From Chrysomallon squamiferum (taxonomy: Eukaryota > Animalia > Mollusca): 64,000 bases of DNA. The stretch is taken from positions 8,556,001-8,620,000 of the forward strand of contig CM022673.1 of the NCBI GenBank assembly GCA_012295275.1. The letters are read 5' to 3'. The position numbers and the translations under genes were made by a program. Shown here piece by piece: positions 29,397-41,875 of this stretch. The notes below the pieces were generated by a model that did not search any database, was not told where the DNA came from, and saw only the letters and a list, made by a program, of their open reading frames with translations. Numbering within the stretch: the stretch's first letter is position 1; each line of letters starts with the position of its first letter.

Positions 29397-32300
29397 GTTA
29401 TTATTACTTAATTTGTGATGAAAAAATTAATGTGTACTTTTTGTTGATCTTAATATATGTGTGTGTGTTTGTGGGTGTGTTTGTTTGTGTGTTTTCTTAC
29501 AAGAATTAAGAAAAATAATTAAGAAAAAAAAAGTATTTTTGTTTGAAATTATATTTTCCAAGGTGATAAGCTGAAATTCAATAAAAACCGATCATTTCGA
29601 GAAAACCGCAAAGATCCTGAGGGCAGCAAGTCTGATAAACGTCAACCTAGAGTAAACGGAGAGTTTGGATTTTGTAACGAGAGAGAGGTGTGAACTATTT
29701 TCATTATCGTATTATCACACATGCATATAAATATATATTCATATGTATATGAAATAGATATAATAAATCATTTAATACAGATTTATATATAAGATTTTAA
29801 CACCAGCTAAAAATATCACAATACTTTCTTTTTTTCCTCTTAAATAATTTTTGTTTCAGTTCTTTTTTCATTTTAAAATTAAGAATTTGTATTTTGTATT
29901 TTTATTTTTATTTTTTTAGAATTTTTAAAAAGAGTAAACATTAATATTTAAACAAAATATAGTAGTTGAAAGGTAGTTATTAACCAGCTGTTTTTATCAT
30001 AGTATTTAAGTTAACAATGTATACATTAATAATATCATAATCTTGAAGATTGTTAGTGTTTTCAGTGGCTTTTCTTATTCTAACATTTCTCTCAGGTGAA
30101 GGGAAATAACTCCATTTAGCCTATAAAGAAATTCATCAGCAATATTCTATTCTTTTAACTACTAACCATACTAACAGCTGCTTGTAATTTCTTTTTCCAA
30201 AATGTGTAAGTGATAATACAAATAAACAGCCCCAATAAATTTCATACACATTAAATAATTTTTATAATTATTTGTCTTTCTAACTAAACTTTGTTAATAG
30301 CAAAGGATTACAATAAAATAAAAATACAAACCAACATTAGAAGCAGACATTTTTACTTTTAAAAAAAAAAAAAAAATATTTATATATATATATAAACTCA
30401 AGTGTTAAAATAGCCCTGATGGATTGAGAGTATTGCAGTTTTGTAACAGTTTATTCAAATCATTTAAAAAAATTGTTTTTTTCTTTATATTTTTTTAAAA
30501 GTGTTTTTCTCAAAAACATTGGCCAATGCATCTTCATGATTTTTGTTATATTTAGTTATATTTTATTGTTAGCAAGTAACAACCAGTTTGAAGTTCATAA
30601 TGCTTTTAGGCTAAATGTTACCACACATATACTTTAGTGTTATATCGCTGCCCTGGTACTAACAAAGAGTTCTGTTTATCTTCAACTTGCATGCACTCTA
30701 GGCCTCAGCATACCTTCATAACAAAGCTCTAACTAACCATCATCAGCAGCAGCAGAATAACTTCTCTGCCTCCAGCTATCCTGCTATTAATACTCAGTCT
30801 CCTGAAGCCTGGAACAAAACTAATACTGCTGAGATGGTGAGAATCTCTGCTTCACTCCTAATTTATCAGTGCATCATTAACAGTTACAAATACATGTTTA
30901 AATCATAACAGGATTCTTTAAATGGCAGGATTCTTTTCTCTGATTAGATTTTATTACAAGTCTTAACAAATGCCAGACATCTATGCTTAAATTTTATTCA
31001 ATAATATTCCATTCCACTGAAATATATTTTGAATATATTTTTACTATTTCCTTCTATCTACTAATATTTCTTTTTTCCCTTTTGCATGAACTAATGTAGC
31101 TAGTTTTCACTAAGAAAAAGGCTTTTACTAAAATGGATTGGGACGTAGTAATATTTATTTCCTCTTATTTTACAATCATTTGTCTAAAAGACACTAGTTA
31201 TTAATGAATCATGTTTCTCTCCTAGACATTATTTAATTATTTCTTGATTAGCTGCAGTTAAAATAAATATTCTTGTTGTAAGAATTGTTGTTTGTTATCT
31301 CAGGATGGTGTTCTGAATCGCAGTTACAGTATGTCGGCTGCATACATCAAGTCAATGTCATTAGACAGAGGAAGTATGTCACAGTATGAGTCTGTACCAA
31401 TCAGAGGTTAGTCCAAGTTTGTTAACCAGATTATATTAGTTAATCTTCTTATATATTATTATATTATATTGTAATGTATTATATTATAGTATAGTATAGT
31501 ATAGTATAGTATAGTATAGTATAGTATAGTATAGTATAGTATAGTATAGTATAGTATATTGTATTATATATTATGTTATATTATATTATACTATATTATA
31601 TTATATTAAACTATATTATATATTATATTATATTATATTATATTATATTATATTATATTATATTATATTAAACTATATTATACTATATTATAATATAATA
31701 TTTATATTTCTTTTATTTTCTCTCTGTTATGATTGTTCATTCACAATTCTTTTTTTCTTTATCTCTAACGCTGCCACTCTCTCCTTCTCAGTTTCTCTTT
31801 ATCCTCTTCTTTGTCTCTCATTTTCTGTCAGCCATTATATTCCTATCAAACCACATAAAACATACAAAAAAAACCACCCCCAACCCTTTAACACAAAACA
31901 CATGTATTTTACCTGTGCATACAGACGTACAGACACAAGTGCATTTCTTATAGATGACCCTCGCAGCAGATCTCTCTGCAACATCAACGTTCCTGGCAGT
32001 CGGCGCAGCTGCGTGGAATTCTCCAACTACACAATCGGCCCACCACCTTACGAGCCCCACCAGGCCTCCCAGGATGACTCCGCCCTTGCAATGCGTCAGC
32101 ACTCCAGCGGCAAAAGCCTTTCTGGCAGGCAGCCTCTTGGGTCAAACTCCTCCTACATCGAATCCATGAGGAGGCGAGAGAGATCTCTGTATGAAAGCAT
32201 CAAAGAAAGGACCGAAGAGTCCTCCAGTTCAGACAGTGACGGAGCGCCACTCCCGCCATCCCGCCCTGCTCGCGTGCTTCGGAAGAAAGACAACGCGAAA

Positions 32301-33320
32301 AAAGAGTCGACTAAAGAGTTTGACGCTGACATTGAAAGCATAGCAGAGAGTCCTGTGAAAGGCGAAGAGAACTGCCAGGAAAATGGTGTTTCTGAGGAGG
32401 TTTCTGTTGTTGGAAAAAGTGGGGACAAATCAGGTGGATGTAGCAGTAGTAGTGCTAAAAGTGACAAATCAGAGGTGACTGTGAATGGTGACTCAAGGAA
32501 AGACGATTCTAAAGGTGCTAGTAGTCATAGAAAGAAAATCATCCCAAACGTAGGGGACAACTTTAATTCAAGTTCTTCGTACAAAGAAAATGGCCACCAG
32601 GAGGTGCCAATGAGGAAGAAGGCAAAGAGAGAAAGACTGCGACAGCTCTATGTGCAAGGTGAGATGCTTCTCTAGGATTTGGGAAAGAATAATAACAGTA
32701 ACAATCATGGCAGTACTAATAAAAAAAAGTTAAAAAACAAATCAAAAATCAAAAAAGTATAAGAAAAGCTGAGCAAAAAAAGTATCGAACCAGTAATTTT
32801 AACATTAAAGTGGTTTGTCAGTTTGATAAAAATAAATTTGACAACAACAAATGGGCTTCCCCAAAATCAGCACAGGCTGACATTATTCAGAAATTGCCAT
32901 CAACCTGACTTAGTGAAATTTAGAACTTTATTCAAAATAATCAGTACAAATGCATAAAAGTGACAGTACATACAAATTAATAAGAAAACCAATGTTATGA
33001 GAATAAAATCAAATATAAAAACCAAACCCATTGATCTTGCATGTATAAATGTCAGCCTCAGGAACCACAGGGTGTGGTCAGTGGAATGAGCTAGGTAGAC
33101 AGGGGTTCCAATCTTCCTGCTATTTGATATCCAGGGATAAACAGGAACAAATTAAAAACAGTAAAACTTGAACTGTTGGCCTTGCATATTGTGACAAAGA
33201 GACTGTTAACAGCTTGATACAACTAGAACTTGTCATTTATACTTCTGCGACTACTAACACTACTGCGACTACTACTACTAACACTACTACTACTACTGCT
33301 ACTTGTACTACTACTCCTGA

Positions 33321-33376
<56 letters not shown>

Positions 33377-34501
33377 ATATAATAATAATAATAAAAATAA
33401 TAATAATAACCACTGCTATCACCACCACTAGAATGAATATTCAGAGCCACAATAATCCACTGCCAGACTTTTTGGGTATTTAGGCCACTCCCTGACACTT
33501 TGATACTTCAGTTGACTCAGCACAAAATGTCTGACAAGCCTGCTAGGCTAACTAGTTACAACTAACACTGCAACAACTGTTATTACCATCGTTACTGCTA
33601 CAGCTTCTTCTAACACTACTACTACCACTACAACACGTACTGCCACCTTTTACTGCTACTGTAATATCTGTTAATACTATCTACTACTAATGCTGTTTTA
33701 CTATCAGTACTGTCACTGCTACTACTACAACTATTACTGCTACTACAGCTGTGAAGAATCCTCTACTGTAATAATGACTATCACAACTACTGTATTTAAT
33801 GTACTTCAATGATGTTGTTATTTTTGTTTTGTTTTGGTGATGATGTTGTTGATGTTGTTGTATTTTCAAAGGAGGTCGCAGATTCACCGTACAAGGATTT
33901 GAAGGTCGAGATTTTGGTCTCTATGACGATAGCATGTCTGACCTGACTGATCCATCCAAAATGGATTTCAATGGATTTGAAGATATGATTCTGTCTTACA
34001 GAAATCTAACTAAAGATGTAAGTATATTTCTTCTTTTTACTGAAATAGTCTGTAATTACTATTAAATTAAAAAAAAGATCATAATCAAACAGCATTATAG
34101 TATTTAAAATTTATTCCTTTTAACTTGAGTACTTAATATACTTAACATGTTAATAGCTTTTAACAGGTAAAGTAGTTTTAATAGATAATTCAACATTTGA
34201 AGACTATAGTTTTTAAAATAATCTTTAAACACAAATCAAAAGAAATTTAAATGACAGTCTTCTTACTAAATCTAAAATGTGAAATCAATAATATATAAGT
34301 AAACAATGGAAATCAGTAACTTTTCTGTCTTGTGTTTTTTTGTTCTTTAATTAGGAGCTGGTCAGATTAATTGTGCAGAACAAGGCCCAGATGATAAGAA
34401 AGGACCGATACATTCAGGACTTAGAAAACTACATAGACAATTTACTAGTGCGTGTCATGGAAACGCAGCCTCGCCTCTTACACAGATTCAACAGAAGATA
34501 G
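14555..34501 (+). CDS. RAB11FIP1: Class I Rab11 family-interacting protein (Rip11/RAB11FIP1/2/5 family), C2 domain + C-terminal FIP-RBD. join(14555..14585,25474..25512,27021..27123,27744..27872,28881..29035,29563..29687,31304..31406,31954..32658,33872..34017,34355..34501) = 560 aa; 605 aa with cassette 30702..30836
   Basis: All introns GT-AG and phases join without stops (1683 nt). N-terminus MWSPSHVQFTVLRARNLIPKGKAGNNDVFVQIQLGKEKYQTS matches the class I FIP C2 start; C-terminus LENYIDNLLVRVMETQPRLL is the FIP-RBD signature. Symbol indicates family, not one-to-one orthology. Confidence 0.93.
14660..14947. repeat. Compound (CA)n/(TA)n/(CATA)n microsatellite in Rab11-FIP intron
   Basis: Direct reading; explains HT/CV-repeat ORFs. 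Confidence 0.9.
16500..16785. repeat. Imperfect (CA)n microsatellite
   Basis: Direct reading; explains ORFs 16345-16836. Confidence 0.95.
25474..25512 (+). CDS. RAB11FIP1: Rab11-FIP coding exon 2 (VLRARNLIPKGKA), 39 nt
   Basis: tttctttttcAG acceptor, CAG|GTTGGT donor, C2 strand-1 sequence. Confidence 0.88.
27021..27123 (+). CDS. RAB11FIP1: Rab11-FIP coding exon 3 (GNNDVFVQIQLGKEKYQTSTIKNAHNPEWFEECD)
   Basis: C2 motifs KYQTS and NPEWFE; AG/GTAAGT boundaries. Confidence 0.93.
27744..27872 (+). CDS. RAB11FIP1: Rab11-FIP coding exon 4 (PIPHMHTEIEVTLYHRGVLSDDFLGYAAVALWDYKVGERPQS)
   Basis: C2 motif HR....DDFLG; AG/GTGAGT boundaries. Confidence 0.93.
28881..29035 (+). CDS. RAB11FIP1: Rab11-FIP coding exon 5 (WVPLKNKPSKGPDNKYRGELEIKLTF...RSIASAV)
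   Basis: End of C2 domain (W..L......RGELEI); AG/GTGAGT boundaries. Confidence 0.93.
29563..29687 (+). CDS. RAB11FIP1: Rab11-FIP coding exon 6 (DKLKFNKNRSFRENRKDPEG...FCNERE)
   Basis: Open frame, phase 1 to 0, AG/GT boundaries. Confidence 0.85.
30702..30836 (+). CDS. RAB11FIP1: Probable symmetric cassette exon of Rab11-FIP (ASAYLHNKALTNHHQQQQNNFSASSYPAINTQSPEAWNKTNTAEM)
   Basis: 135 nt, phase 0-0, open; TACTAAC at 30657-30663, ctctAG acceptor, ATG|GTGAGA donor. Confidence 0.62.
31304..31406 (+). CDS. RAB11FIP1: Rab11-FIP coding exon 7 (DGVLNRSYSMSAAYIKSMSLDRGSMSQYESVPIR)
   Basis: Open frame, phase 0 to 1, CAG/GTTAGT boundaries. Confidence 0.85.
31445..31700. repeat. Pentanucleotide microsatellite (TAGTA)n grading into (TATTA)n
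   Basis: Direct reading. Confidence 0.92.
31954..32658 (+). CDS. RAB11FIP1: Rab11-FIP coding exon 8, 705 nt, disordered central region
   Basis: Lies within ORF 31902-32675; tttcttatAG acceptor, AAG|GTGAGA donor, phase 1-1. Confidence 0.9.
33245..33430. repeat. (CTA)n/(TAA)n microsatellite, with further degenerate CTA repeats to ~33790
   Basis: Direct reading. Confidence 0.9.
33872..34017 (+). CDS. RAB11FIP1: Rab11-FIP coding exon 9 (GRRFTVQGFEG...SYRNLTKD)
   Basis: AAG acceptor, GAT|GTAAGT donor; Y..LTKD|EL is the start of the FIP coiled coil. Confidence 0.88.
34355..34501 (+). CDS. RAB11FIP1: Rab11-FIP last coding exon, FIP-RBD (ELVRLIVQNKAQMIRKDRYIQDLENYIDNLLVRVMETQPRLLHRFNRR*)
   Basis: YID motif of the Rab11-binding domain; TAG at 34499-34501. 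Confidence 0.95.
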   Translation, partial: ELVRLIVQNKAQMIRKDRYIQDLENYIDNLLVRVMETQPRLLHRFNRR

Positions 34502-37500
34502 TCTTGTTCTTTTTCATTGTTGTGACTGTGAACTACTCATAAATTAGAGTTGTCTATCTTGATTAGAGACTGAGTTGTCTACCTTGCAGGACACTGATGT
34601 TAGTTTAGACAGCTAAGTTAGAAGAGATACGCAAACTGTTTGATGCAATATGTGTAGTTGTTTTATTTTTTTAGTTGATAATTAGTTATTTTCCATATTT
34701 GATAGTGGAAGGATATAATAACAAGTTGTGCATCTTTAACTACCATAATTTTTATTTTGTTGTTTGTCATTAGCTTTTTATTTTATTTTATTTTTAAAGG
34801 TTGTTATTGATTTTTTTTATATATATATTATTCCAGAGATGCTTATAGCTATTGAATTTTTTTGTTTTTTTGTTTTTTTGTCTGTATGAAATTATGATCA
34901 GAAAAAAAAATATTTTAACAAATAGAAGAAAACATAAATAAATAAAAAATTCCAAATGTTATAATCTTTTTAAAACAATATTTAGAAAATTAATATCAGA
35001 TCAGTGAAAATAATTGTTCTGCTTTTTACATAATTGTTTTTTACTTTTTAAAAAATATTTTAAAAACTTTCTATTTGTGGGTCATTATAGAATTTTTAGC
35101 TTAAACTATTTCATTGATTTTGTTCACATATTCCTTCATTTTACATTAAAAAAAAGAATTGGTAATAAAAATAATAATAATATATACTAAATGCTACTCT
35201 GTAAAAAAAAATTAAAACGTCCAGCAATAGTTGCTTTGTTTATTTAAACTGAAATGCTTAGCAATAAAAAGTGAATTGTATAAGCACACATTTCGATTTC
35301 GCATTGTATGTGTTAAAGCATAAAGCATTTATATGCAAAAAGGTGCTTATTTGAAGTGTCCTTCTTTACCAGTTTTTGTTATACAGTGTGCCCTTTATAA
35401 CCTTTATTCAAATTGTCACATAGTGCAGTACAGGGTATGGGACATATGGTACATGTGAGTGTGATATATCAGAATAACATTTACAGTTATTCAGATTTTT
35501 ACGAGTCTTCTATGTGATCTGCTTGATAAGCATTGCTTGTCTTTATTTCTACCAGAGTTGCTTTTAAGATAACATAATATCTACCTGTGTGTGTGTGTCT
35601 GTATGTGTGTGTGTGTGATGGATAATTAAGAATTACTACAAAACCCATTGTGAAATACTTGAAAAAAAAGTTAAATGTTTTAAAACCGATAATAAAAATT
35701 TTTTTTTTTTTTTTATCAAAAACACATAATTAAATATTTTATTTAATTTGTGCTCACATGATGTCTGTGTAATCTGAGGATGTTTGGAGGATTCTAAGTT
35801 ATATTAAGGAAATAATACTAAGCTGTTCTTAATGTAGTATCCATACTAAGTAAACCAACTCAGCTACAGGAAGTTACTCAGTAAATTTACTCAGTTTCTT
35901 ACTTTGTATATATTGTGAGTGTTTATTCAGTTCTAAAAACAAAATATTCTGTTGTATAGATCAAAAGGAAAGAGAGGATTTTAATGCACTTTCTTTTATT
36001 CATCTGTATGAAAAAAACTTACTACTGATAAAAATCAAAAATTATTTATTTTTTTACTTACATTTATTTGTATGTGGTTTTTTTTTTTTACGAAATAAAA
36101 AAAAAAAGAATTTTTAAAATAATAATTTATTAATAATTGAGAAATGTTAATTCTTTGTAATTTAATTCTTCTTTTAAAAAAAATTAATACAAAAATAAGA
36201 CAAATCTGTTGTTATTCTTCATATAAAATATTTTTTAAATAACAGTTATCTCTTGGTTGTTATTGTTATTACTGGTTGTTATTGCAGTCTATTAATATGA
36301 ATTTATAGTTTTAGATAATTTTCTAAAATGTGACTTGTACAAAATTTCCTTTTCAAAATATAAACAGACAACAACAACAAAAATATAGTGATGGGAATAA
36401 CTCTGGACTATTTCCTAAATGTCAAATAAAAGAGAATTAAAAAACCATGCACACAAAAAACTCAGTTTTTCTGATGCTTAGAAATTGGAAGTTAATTAGT
36501 ACTGTAATAATAGGTTTCAAATAAAGCACAAAAAATTAAATCACCTTCATTATATAACTAAATGTTATCTTGTGCTGAGATAAATGAAAGAGAGAGAGAT
36601 TGAGATACTGAGTGAGAGAATAAAAGGAAAGAAATTATACTAAAAAATAGTTGAGAGGATATGAAACTGGTAATTTTCTTCTCTGTTGTGTTTGTGTTCA
36701 TGTTCTTTTTACCTCTTTCAACTGTTGCAAACTGTATGTCATTCTGAATAACTGAAATTGTCATTTTAAAAATGCCTGCCATGTTTTCTGTGTTATTTTC
36801 TTTTCTTGTTTCTTTGTTGTTGTTTTTTTTTTTACTTTTCCTTTTAATATTTTCTAAATATAAATAACTTGCCAACCTATTTTTGACAAACTTTATTTGA
36901 GTTTACTTTTATTTCATTTGATTTTATTGTTATTGTTATTATTATAAAAAAGATTTATAGTAAAAATGGAATATGACCACATAACTGTTGTTATCATTTA
37001 ATTAATATGTATAATTTCAATGCTGAGTTTAATATAGTTTTTAATATAATGTTTTTAATACTGCCTTCAAATTAATTATATTAAATGCATATTATGAATT
37101 TTTTTATTTTCTTTTTTATAAGATGTTTTGTTTATTTATTTACTTCTTTTTTAATTATTATTTTATTCTCAAATATATATTTCAGCAAATACATATCATA
37201 CACTTATTTTTTTAACATTTTTTCTTAATCTTTTTTTTTATACCTCTTTTTTTATACATCTTTTGCCTTTCATATTGGTGTTTGTATTTTATTTTTTGTT
37301 TTCATTATTTACTAGCCTATGAAACTTTTTATGTTAATAATTTTACATTTTTGTTACATAGAAGAAATGTGAAATATGTAAGACGCTTTTGAAATATTCA
37401 AACTTTGTAAGATTTATATTCCATTGCTGCCAGCAAATAAATATCAGTTTCATTAAATAAATGTTTTAAATGTTTAACAGTGTCCAATAAAATTTCCTAC

Positions 37501-37894
37501 TTTTCCATTATATATGTATTACATACGGTCACAGCACATATTAAATATCAATTAAATTTTGGATATATTTTTCTCTAAATTTATAATTTATGTTCTTATG
37601 CAATATTGTGCTATAAATTCTATTAAATTCAAAATAGCTGAATTTTTGTTTTGCATCCTGTTAATTTAATGTTGCGATTTACGAGAATGTTACTGTTTAT
37701 GCATAATACATGTTATGAGCTGTATAATATATATATATATGTATCTGTATATAATTACTGTAAAATAAGAAATCTAATTATTGTGACATATTCCATTGAA
37801 TGATTTATGATATATAGGCAGTGAATTTCTGTTCTTTTCATTGTAACTATATTTTTCTCACTTTTCTTTCAGTTATTAACTTATTTTCTAATTT

Positions 37895-37925
37895 ATTTTT
37901 ATTTATTTATTTATTTATTTATTTA

Positions 37926-38011
<86 letters not shown>
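37895..38011. repeat. (TTTA)n + (TAT)n microsatellite; similar compound tract at 38350-38470
   Basis: Direct reading. Confidence 0.9.
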
Positions 38012-38013
<2 letters not shown>

Positions 38014-38349
38014 TGCCAAAGAATTTATCATTTGTTTAAATATGAACACAGAGATACAATAGATATGATAATTGTTTCTGTTATTCCTTTTTTTTTCAGT
38101 TAACTTTTGCAATAATCAAACCTCACTCTCTGGTTCTGTTTTATTCCATCAGTACGTAACATTCTTATAGAAATCTTAAATATATAATAAAAACAAATAT
38201 TTCAAATAATTCAGATACATTTGATAAATAATTCAAATTAAGCTAGACTTTTTCATACTTTAACATGAAGCACTTTCAATGAATTTTAAAACGTTGCTTT
38301 GTGATAATTAAATTCATTTTAAACTAACTTGAACATGGTCACTAACTAC

Positions 38350-38405
<56 letters not shown>

Positions 38406-38430
38406 CTACTACTACTACTACTACTACTAC

Positions 38431-38471
<41 letters not shown>

Positions 38472-41400
38472 TAAGAAACTGTTTATGACATTTTATTCTT
38501 CTACATTATGGTTAATGATATGATAGTTAGAATTTTAAAATTTATTTGATTGTTTGCATTATTTTATTTTAATATATTTTATTGTTTTATTCCTTCAGAA
38601 TCACTGCACTTGTTATTTCATCACTAATTTTATTTGATTTTGTTTAATATGGGGTTTTATTATAAACAATTATTTTATATTCAAAGACATTTTGTTCTTC
38701 AGTTTCAGGGTTTGATTTACAGGTTGCTATTCAGGTATTTTGAAGGGTTTTAATTAATATTTTAATAAATGTTAGATAAACTTAAATCTTTAAACATAGA
38801 CACAAACAAGCAATCAAAAATTTTAACCATTAATTTATTTTTTAGATTATAATCATTGTTAAAAGTATTTGAGATTTATTTATCTTCTATCCCCAAAAAA
38901 CATTTTTTTTTAGAAGTCTCAGAAGAATCTGTATCAAAATTTTATTTGTGTATTGAAAACATGTTGTGCTTTTTTTATATAGAAATTATACAGTTAAGAA
39001 AGAATAATCTATGTCAAAAACCCTGACAAATGTCCTATTAATTTGAAACTAGACAAAAATAAATAAATGAAAATAAAATAAAAAATAAATAAATAAGTAA
39101 AATTAAAAATTAAAAAACAAATAGTAAAAATTAATAAAAGTAAAATAAAATAAGAAAATGTGAGAATTGCAATACATATGTTTCACCTACAACAACAAAT
39201 TTAAAATATGACATCACACACAGTATTCAGTATGATTAGCATTTCCAAATGATCATCATCTCCACAGTGAATGTTTTATCTAGAGCATATCTGTACAAAA
39301 AATATATACATGTACAGTAATTGTTTTGTTTTTAAAAGATCTGTATGTAAAAATGCCAAATATTTATATATTAAATGAATATTTTCATGTCCTCTCTAGA
39401 CATGCATTATATTCACAAAAAGATGAAAGTTAATACCATCAGATGTATAGTTTATTTTGGTGAATATGTACCTAGAATTGTAGCAATGTTTGTAAAGTGG
39501 AATTGTGTCTATTTTTGGTAATACATATCTCATACTAAAGTGACTGTTTTTTTGTTCTGTTTTTGTACATTTGTTCCACTACTCACAGATAATTTTACAG
39601 GTAAAAGCATTTTGATTATCTTACTGGCTATGACACTATTGCTTAATATCTCTATTCATTTTCATGTGCTAGTCATTGCAGTGCTTTTTCAAGTACTTAT
39701 AGATAATTTAACAGGTAAAACTGAATACTGTTCACAGATATTTTTTTTCAGAAAATTTCAGTGTATTTTTATATTAACAATTACTTTAAATGTAAATTTT
39801 TAAAATAAATGTCTTGGAAAACTTTGAACATCATGCTGTGAAATTGAATGATTAACATTATATCTTTCTATAGGAAAGAGCCAAAAAGAAAATGATATTT
39901 TAATACATTAACCTATTGTTGTGTTGATGGTTGTGAGAAATCATTTTCATGATGATTTTGATTTTTAACCATTTTACAGGCTATTTCATTTCATTTTCTG
40001 ACAGTAAAGTACAATATTGCTTAATATCTATTTACATTTTCATATTAGTGACTTAAAAAAAAGAAGTTATTTTTTATAATGACAGTTCTTATGAGGACAA
40101 GCACATCTTCCTTGATAATACTGATTTTGAGATTATCTCCAAAGGGTATCTTTTTATGCACAAATCTGCACAGAAAAGTGTGTTTAGGATCTGATGTTTT
40201 AATAAATAAATACTGACATATTTTGGAAATGGTCGTTGTTATACATAATATTATTTATAAAGTCTTTGAAAGCATAAAAAGACAGCTTTTGGTTGTAATG
40301 GATTTGTTTTTTTCTTTTCTTTGGATATCAGTAAAACACACATACTGACATTTTTTCAGTAATTTAATCCTGCAGTTAGAACAACAACAAAAATTCAGCT
40401 TTAAAGTAGACATTTTATTTGTAAAAATAAATAAAAGATAAATTTGTCTAAAAACATAGAAAAGCTTACAAATGGTGCTAAAACAGTATGAATGTATACA
40501 TACAAAATAATAACAATCATTTACTTCCATTGTTAATTCCCAGCTTTTAAACAAAAATCTTACAACCACTCACATCAGCTTATTTCAAAAACTCTGACTG
40601 TCAGAACTACACGTGTTGCACTTTAATAGTTACAAGATCTTCTTCCATATTGGATCATGTTGCTTTTCTAAGCTAACTACATAAAAGCACATTTTGGGCC
40701 ATGTTTTGGACACAAACTTCATCATTTCAACTCTTACAATCACAAAGATTTGTGTTTCCACTACCATTTATATATATTAGACATGAAACTGTCATCTTTT
40801 TCTGTATCTCTTCTTTTTTCTTTTCTTTTTGTTCTCTCTCTCTTTATTTTTTTCATTTTGTTTACTTTTTTTTTCTTTTTTTTTAAAGTTTTATTGTTTT
40901 TCACTTTTTTTTTTTTTTTTTTCTTTTTGTTCTCTCTTCTTTTTTTTTTTTCATTTTGTTTTTCTTTTTTTTCTTCTTTTTTTAAAATTTTATTGTTTTT
41001 CACTTTTTTTTTTTTTTTTTTCTTTCATTTTGGTTCTTTTCTTTTTCTTTTTTTTTTGTAGTTATTTCACCTCTTTTTTATCCGATTTTTGTCCATTTTT
41101 TTGTCAATTGTCTTCACCTGCAAAATATAAACCACTTAATATAAAAAAAAAAAAAAAAAAAAAAAAAATTCAGTATAAACAAAAGAATAAAAATATTTGA
41201 CAAAGGCATTATTAAAAATATTGCATTCAGATTTGATTAATCAATATCTCAAGGCTATACATATTTATTAAACTATTTACCCAATAATTTAATGTCTAGA
41301 AAACGTTTGAAGTGCCTATACTAATAAGTGAAAAAAGAAATTTTCACTTGTTCACATTCGTGTGCAGATATTCATAAAAATATTGAATGCCATCTGGTTT

Positions 41401-41614
41401 CCTGTATCCTTGTGTTTAAAACATTTTATACTGGTAAATTTCTGTGACTGTTTGTCTTCCACAACCCCAGTAAAAATTCCAAGTTCAGCTACTAAATATT
41501 TCAATCTGTTTATAATCTTTTTGATGTTTAAAACTATTTACTTACAAGAGTATGCTGTAGAGCATTGAGTAACAAAAACACCACTAATTTGTATTGTAAT
41601 TCTGAATTCCGTTT

Positions 41615-41651
<37 letters not shown>

Positions 41652-41757
41652 TTGTTTAATTAAAAATAAACAAACAAATAATGATAATTATAATGTATTT
41701 ATAGGTATGTTAAAATCAGCATCTGTATCGGCAACAAAGAGCAGCAGTATTGGTAGC

Positions 41758-41789
<32 letters not shown>

Positions 41790-41875
41790 CAAATAAAATA
41801 AATAAATAAATAAATAAATAACAATATAATGATGATGATGATGATGATGATAATTTACCTGAGAACATCTAATAA

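Noticed and set aside
31902-32675. 257-aa ORF as a stand-alone gene
   Set aside because: It is Rab11-FIP exon 8 (31954-32658) with intronic extensions.
33065-33120. tRNA/SINE-like A box (tggtcagtgg) and B box (ggttccaatc)
   Set aside because: Spacing is short, stems do not pair and there is no second copy in the window.
34499-34525. Stop-codon readthrough of Rab11-FIP (and of the NUPR1 TGA)
   Set aside because: No readthrough context such as TGA-CTAG, and further stops follow within a few codons.
40761-41200. Lys-rich and Phe-rich ORFs
   Set aside because: Poly-T low-complexity tract with a ~100-bp internal duplication, most likely NUPR1 3'UTR.
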